A stretch of DNA of 20,052 bases from a virus (Duplodnaviria > Heunggongvirae > Uroviricota > Caudoviricetes), in the IMG/VR virus record IMGVR_UViG_2534681705_000013, positions 1-20,052 of that record; one strand, given 5' to 3'. The position numbers and the translations under genes were made by a program. Under the pieces are notes generated by a model that saw only the letters and a program-made list of their open reading frames with translations, made no database searches and was not told where the DNA came from. Shown piece by piece: positions 15,140 to 20,052 of the stretch; the stretch's first letter is position 1, and each line of letters begins with the position of its first letter.

Positions 15140-16381
15140 ATGGCAAGACAAACCAAACCTCTATCCGTTAAAGAAATAGAATCAGCCAAACCCAAGGAGG
15201 CGGACTACGTTCTCTATGATGGCGATGGCCTTGAGCTACTCATTAAATCCAGCGGGAGTAAAATCTGGCAGTTTCGCTACATTCGCCCTGTCACCAAGAA
15301 ACGAGCAAAGAAGAGCATAGGCTCCTACCCGTCAGTTACCCTTGCCGATGCCAGAAACTACCGTGCAGAGTCCCGCTCACTACTGGCTAAACAGATCGAT
15401 CCGCAGGAACATCAGCAAGAACAATTGCGCAGTTCGCTGGAAGCCAAAACCAACACTTTCCAACTCGTAGCTGAACGTTGGTGGAATGTGAAGAAAGCCA
15501 GTGTGACAGAGGACTATGCGGAAGATATCTGGCGCTCTCTTGAAAGAGACGTCTTTCCTGCGATTGGCGACGTTAGCGTTACAGATATTAAAGCTCATAC
15601 ACTGGTTCAGGCCGTACAACCGGTTCAGGCCAGAGGAGCACTGGAAACTGTTCGTCGCCTGTGCCAACGTATTAATGAGGTCATGATCTATGCCCAGAAC
15701 ACAGGGCTGATTGATGCTGTTCCCAGCGTTAATATCGGTAAAGCCTTCGAGAAGCCTCAGAAAAAGAACATGCCCAGCATTCGACCGGATCAGCTACCTC
15801 AGTTAATGCAGACGATGCGAACAGCCAGCATTAGCCTTTCCACACGCTGCCTGTTCATGTGGCAACTTCTTACTATTACCCGCCCTGCCGAAGCGGCTGA
15901 AGCTCTCTGGGAAGAGGTAGACATAGAAGCGCGAGAGTGGAAGATTCCTGCAGCACGCATGAAAATGAACCGCGACCATACTGTTCCATTGTCAGATGAA
16001 GCAATTGCGATACTAGAGATGATGAAGCCGTTAAGTGGAAATCGAGAATTTATCTTTCCCAGCCGCATCAAGCCAAACCAGCCGATGAACAGTCAGACCG
16101 TAAACGCATCGCTAAAACGCGCAGGTTTTGGTGGGGTGCTCGTTTCACACGGCCTGCGATCTATCGCCAGTACAGCCCTTAATGAGCAGGGATTTCCACC
16201 TGATGTTATTGAGGCTGCACTTGCTCATGTGGATAAGAATGAGGTTCGTCGTGCGTATAACCGTAGTGATTATCTTGAGCAGCGACGGCCTATGATGCAG
16301 TGGTGGGCTGATTTTGTGATGGCTGCAGATCACGGTAGTATGATTGAAGGAGGGATAAAGGCAATGCGGTTAGTTGGATGA
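15140..16381 (+). CDS. intA: P4/CP4-57-type tyrosine integrase
   Basis: 413 aa; N-terminus MARQTKPL…KPKEADYVLYDGDGLELLIKSSGSKIWQFRY characteristic of P4-family integrases; sits ~200 bp downstream of the tmRNA 3' end as CP4-57 intA does in E. coli K-12. Confidence 0.9.
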   Translation: MARQTKPLSVKEIESAKPKEADYVLYDGDGLELLIKSSGSKIWQFRYIRPVTKKRAKKSIGSYPSVTLADARNYRAESRSLLAKQIDPQEHQQEQLRSSLEAKTNTFQLVAERWWNVKKASVTEDYAEDIWRSLERDVFPAIGDVSVTDIKAHTLVQAVQPVQARGALETVRRLCQRINEVMIYAQNTGLIDAVPSVNIGKAFEKPQKKNMPSIRPDQLPQLMQTMRTASISLSTRCLFMWQLLTITRPAEAAEALWEEVDIEAREWKIPAARMKMNRDHTVPLSDEAIAILEMMKPLSGNREFIFPSRIKPNQPMNSQTVNASLKRAGFGGVLVSHGLRSIASTALNEQGFPPDVIEAALAHVDKNEVRRAYNRSDYLEQRRPMMQWWADFVMAADHGSMIEGGIKAMRLVG

Positions 16382-16461
16382 CATGTCGTAGCTAAAACCC
16401 GTTCTGTTTTTGGGTAGATTAACCTGAAGGTCTGCAATTTTAAATGACGCTGAAAGAAGTT

Positions 16462-16486
16462 AAACCCTGCTCTTAAGCAGGGTTTT
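16462..16486. terminator. hairpin between convergent genes (likely bidirectional terminator)
   Basis: 10-bp stem AAACCCTGCT/AGCAGGGTTT, loop CTTA, T-rich on both sides; between the intA stop and the stop of the large minus-strand ORF. Confidence 0.45.
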
Positions 16487-16519
16487 TATGATTTATTCTA
16501 ATTTTGGTTTTGAATCTTT

Positions 16520-18807
16520 CTATTTTAAATCAGCCTTTGCGGCTCGAATATCTGCGTTTTTTGCTGAGTATTCCCATTCGTCAGCGATTCTAAATAGCAT
16601 TGCAGAAGTACGGACGCAGTGGGGCATTGAATTTGCCCATTCTCGGTACTGCTCAGCTAATATCCTTTCTTGGTTTCCACCTTCGTAACGCATACGAGCA
16701 AATACCCCCCTTTTATTGTACCTACCAATTTGTATACCTTGCTCTAACTCATCAGAAGATAATATTTCAATGATGTGCCGAATTGCTTCATGTGGCCAGG
16801 AATTATCTACTGAGCTATTAGGGGCATGTGCCAGAATTTTTCCTATTACATGATCAGTGATTTCTTGGCGATGATGCAATTTTGCTAAATGGCGTACATT
16901 CTCACACCAATCTTCAAGTTTATCTTGATCAATTTCATTGTCTATCTGCCCTGGTAGTATTCGTAATTTTTCAAGTAATCTGTATATAGAAGTAGCTCTT
17001 TTAACTTCCAACTCCGATGGTTCTGTTTGTTCATCTTCGTCACTACGATATACAATACATATTGCTTCTATAAAAACCTCTGGCTTTTTCATCATTAGAC
17101 GATGCAGGATAAGTGGCTCATCGCTATCCGGAAAACAAGGCAAGTAGGTCATTTCTTTAAATGCCAAATCTGTTTCAGAAACATCGTTACGTTGTTTGAG
17201 TTCATCAAAAACTTTTTTTACATAGTACGATAGCATTGTATCAAATTGGATATCCTGGCTATTTATTTCTTTAACGACTATATCTAGAAGATATAAAAGT
17301 GTTGTAGATGGAATCTCAGAAAGGCGTTGATTTGCTGATATAATAGCAGCAAGACCCCGGCCCCTTTCTATATATTTATCCATAAGAACAAATAAATCCG
17401 AAGTTTTACCCATCATTGCAATGGGTTGTTTTTGCAACCAATATTTTTCGTTGATGTTATCTTCAAACCCTTCAATAATGCTCCATATCTCTTGTGAGTC
17501 TCTTAACGATGCTAAGATTTTCCCAGCCCTATCAGGGGTAATTTTAAACTGTTTAAAATACACTTTTATTTTATTAAGCCATTCAGCACCAAAGCATTCA
17601 ACACCATATTGCATTAACAACCCACAAACTTCATCAATATTTTTTTTGTTGTTAATAAGCATTACAAACAAATCATTTAATTTTTCTTCATCCAACGAGA
17701 GTGCTGATATATGCCTTGCTGCAATAAAAACATTATTAACTTGTTGAAAAAGGTCTTTCACCCCAGACAAACCTAAAGTAAAGTATATTTCCCTAAGTTT
17801 TTCACTTCGCATTTCTTCGACAGAAGAAAAAATTCCGCCAGCATTTTCAATTGACTCTTCAATATCAGAATCCCAATCATTGAAAATCCATAAACTGGCT
17901 CTAACCATGTCAATTGGTTTATAATTATCAAGTATTTTCGCTATTTTTTCCATAGACTCAAATTTAAATGCCCAGTTCGCATCTGAATATTTTTTATGGC
18001 GAGAATACTCATGACGCAAAGCCTCCCATACGATGAACTGATCCTCTTCAGTTTGTTGAGAAAGGCAAAGTTCAAGATGAGAAAGTGTTTCATCTATTGC
18101 ATTCTCAGGGAATGAGCTTAAATGAGAGATTAGGATTTCCCATCTTGTTGGGAGTATACCTGCAAGTTTAATTGCTTCTTGGATAATAAAGATTTGCCCC
18201 TCCCAAACAACGCCCCACGTTAGTTTTTCTACATCTTTATCCGACTCTCTGAACTTCATTTTTTGGTTTTGATCAGAGGTATCATGGGAGCGAGGAAGGA
18301 GATTTTGTAACAAACTCCACCCAATACTAGGAACAATAGTGATAATTTTTTTTATAATTGCATTTCTAACTTTTACTGGTGCCCATGTATTAGGAGACCA
18401 TGCCAGAAAAATGGTTCTTAAACTATTAAGAGGGCGATCTGAGTAAGTTCCTCCGGGATCTATTACAGCGAGTTTTGCAAGACAGATTGCAGCGCGTAAT
18501 AGATATGTTTGTTCCCAAGCCAAGGCTTCCAATGCCCATTTTAATCCATGATAATGACTTCGAGGAGTTAACAGCCCTTTATCTTCATTGAATATTGGAG
18601 CAATCATTTCCCCATTGCCCTTAAGCAATTGCTCAAGGGCATCAAGGAAAGGGCCAGGGGCAGCTTCTGCCAGCAGCGGAAGTTGATCTCGCAAACTAAC
18701 AAATAGTCGATGGTCGTTAGCAAGTCCCGGAATACTCTGAACTATTTTGTTAACAAAATCTTGGGGTGTCATACCAGTAACCCGGAATTCGGCCTGTTCA
18801 TGTAATA
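16520..18807 (-). CDS. large alpha-helical protein of unknown function, adjacent to or 5'-interrupted by IS3
   Basis: ORF-track ORF 16520..18823 (767 aa); the first 5 codons including the TTG start lie inside the IS3 left inverted repeat. Strongly AT-rich; Leu/Glu/Lys/Trp-rich; no catalytic motif recognised by eye. Native start is either ATG at 18775 or beyond the IS. Confidence 0.65.
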
Positions 18808-18872
18808 TGATCTTACCCAGCAATAGTGGACACGCGGCTAAGTGAGTAAACTCTCAGTCAGAGGTGACTCAC

Positions 18873-19172
18873 ATGACAAAAACAGTATCAACCAGTAAAA
18901 AACCCCGTAAACAGCATTCGCCTGAATTTCGCAGTGAAGCCCTGAAGCTTGCTGAACGCATCGGTGTTACTGCCGCAGCCCGTGAACTCAGCCTGTATGA
19001 ATCACAGCTCTACAACTGGCGCAGTAAACAGCAAAATCAGCAGACGTCTTCTGAACGTGAACTGGAGATGTCTACCGAGATTGCACGTCTCAAACGCCAG
19101 CTGGCAGAACGGGATGAAGAGCTGGCTATCCTCCAAAAGGCCGCGACATACTTCGCGAAGCGCCTGAAATGA
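18873..19172 (+). CDS. insE: IS3 transposase OrfA (HTH subunit)
   Basis: [53 protein letters not shown]… matches IS3 InsE from memory; the ORF track starts 9 nt earlier at GTG. Confidence 0.85.
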   Translation: MTKTVSTSKKPRKQHSPEFRSEALKLAERIGVTAAARELSLYESQLYNWRSKQQNQQTSSERELEMSTEIARLKRQLAERDEELAILQKAATYFAKRLK

Positions 19173-20034
19173 AGTATGTCTTTATTGAAAAACATCAGGC
19201 TGAGTTCAGCATCAAAGCAATGTGCCGCGTGCTCCGGGTGGCCCGCAGCGGCTGGTATACGTGGTGTCAGCGGCGGACAAGGATAAGCACGCGTCAGCAG
19301 TTCCGCCAACACTGCGACAGCGTTGTCCTCGCGGCTTTTACCCGGTCAAAACAGCGTTACGGTGCCCCACGCCTGACGGATGAACTGCGTGCTCAGGGTT
19401 ACCCCTTTAACGTAAAAACCGTGGCGGCAAGCCTGCGCCGTCAGGGACTGAGGGCAAAGGCCTCCCGGAAGTTCAGCCCGGTCAGCTACCGCGCACACGG
19501 CCTGCCTGTGTCAGAAAATCTGTTGGAGCAGGATTTTTACGCCAGTGGCCCGAACCAGAGTGGGCAGGAGACATCACGTACTTACGTACAGATGAAGGCT
19601 GGCTGTATCTGGCAGTGGTCATTGACCTGTGGTCACGTGCCGTTATTGGCTGGTCAATGTCGCCACGCATGACGGCGCAACTGGCCTGCGATGCCCTGCA
19701 GATGGCGCTGTGGCGGCGTAAGAGGCCCCGGAACGTTATCGTTCACACGGACCGTGGAGGCCAGTACTGTTCAGCAGATTATCAGGCGCAACTGAAGCGG
19801 CATAATCTGCGTGGAAGTATGAGCGCAAAAGGTTGCTGCTACGATAATGCCTGCGTGGAAAGCTTCTTTCATTCGCTGAAAGTGGAATGTATCCATGGAG
19901 AACACTTTATCAGCCGGGAAATAATGCGGGCAACGGTGTTTAATTATATCGAATGTGATTACAATCGGTGGCGGCGGCACAGTTGGTGTGGCGGCCTCAG
20001 TCCGGAACAATTTGAAAACAAGAACCTCGCTTAG
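19169..20034 (+). pseudogene. insF: IS3 transposase OrfB (DDE catalytic subunit) carrying an internal frameshift
   Basis: ORF-track ORFs 19169..19672 and 19615..20034 are two frames of one protein; the frame breaks near 19557-19561 (…ASGPNQS|GQETSR… instead of …NQKWAGDITY…), just before the conserved W-x-x-D-I-T-Y segment. Confidence 0.75.
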
Positions 20035-20052
20035 GCCTGTGTCCATATTACG

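Larger units (their letters stand above)
18808..20052 (+). mobile_element. IS3 insertion sequence, right end cut by the window edge
   Basis: Left end TGATCTTACCCAGCAATAGTGGACACGCGGCTAAG matches the IS3 terminal inverted repeat as I recall it; orfA/orfB in the -1 frameshift arrangement. Confidence 0.9.

Noticed and set aside
18808-18823. TTG start and first five codons (MLGKI) of the large ORF 16520..18823
   Set aside because: These codons lie within the IS3 terminal inverted repeat, so they are IS-derived read-through rather than the native N-terminus.
19615-20034. ORF 19615..20034 as an independent gene
   Set aside because: It is the C-terminal two-thirds of IS3 OrfB in a shifted frame; the GTG start is internal to the known transposase sequence.

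Overview
This window looks like an Escherichia/Enterobacteriaceae chromosome segment at the ssrA (tmRNA) integration hotspot, holding two mobile elements in tandem plus an IS copy. (1) Positions ~1-14934 are the right-hand part of a lambdoid prophage: an AT-rich convergent two-gene cassette at the left edge, a Q-type antiterminator, a minus-strand replication module (DnaB-like helicase, DnaC/IstB-like loader, O-like initiator with ori-type iterons inside its coding sequence), Rha-family regulators, a cro-like/cI-like immunity switch with repeated operator 12-mers, a plus-strand early-left operon full of unknown genes including a small-membrane-protein + SPFH lipoprotein pair, overlapping xis/int, and an att-proximal membrane-protein gene preceded by a leader peptide and hairpin. 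(2) Positions ~14896-15014 are a 3'-terminal tmRNA core fragment plus terminator, consistent with attR. (3) From 15140 a P4/CP4-57-type integrase begins a second island whose first cargo gene is a large AT-rich ORF of unknown function running up to (4) an IS3 copy (18808 to window end) whose orfB carries a frameshift. No CRISPR array, rRNA or complete tRNA/tmRNA gene was found. All protein calls are from reading the translations by eye; no database search was run. The best candidates for undescribed accessory or defense functions are the 1-865 cassette, the SPFH module, the att-proximal membrane protein and the large gene next to the P4-type integrase.
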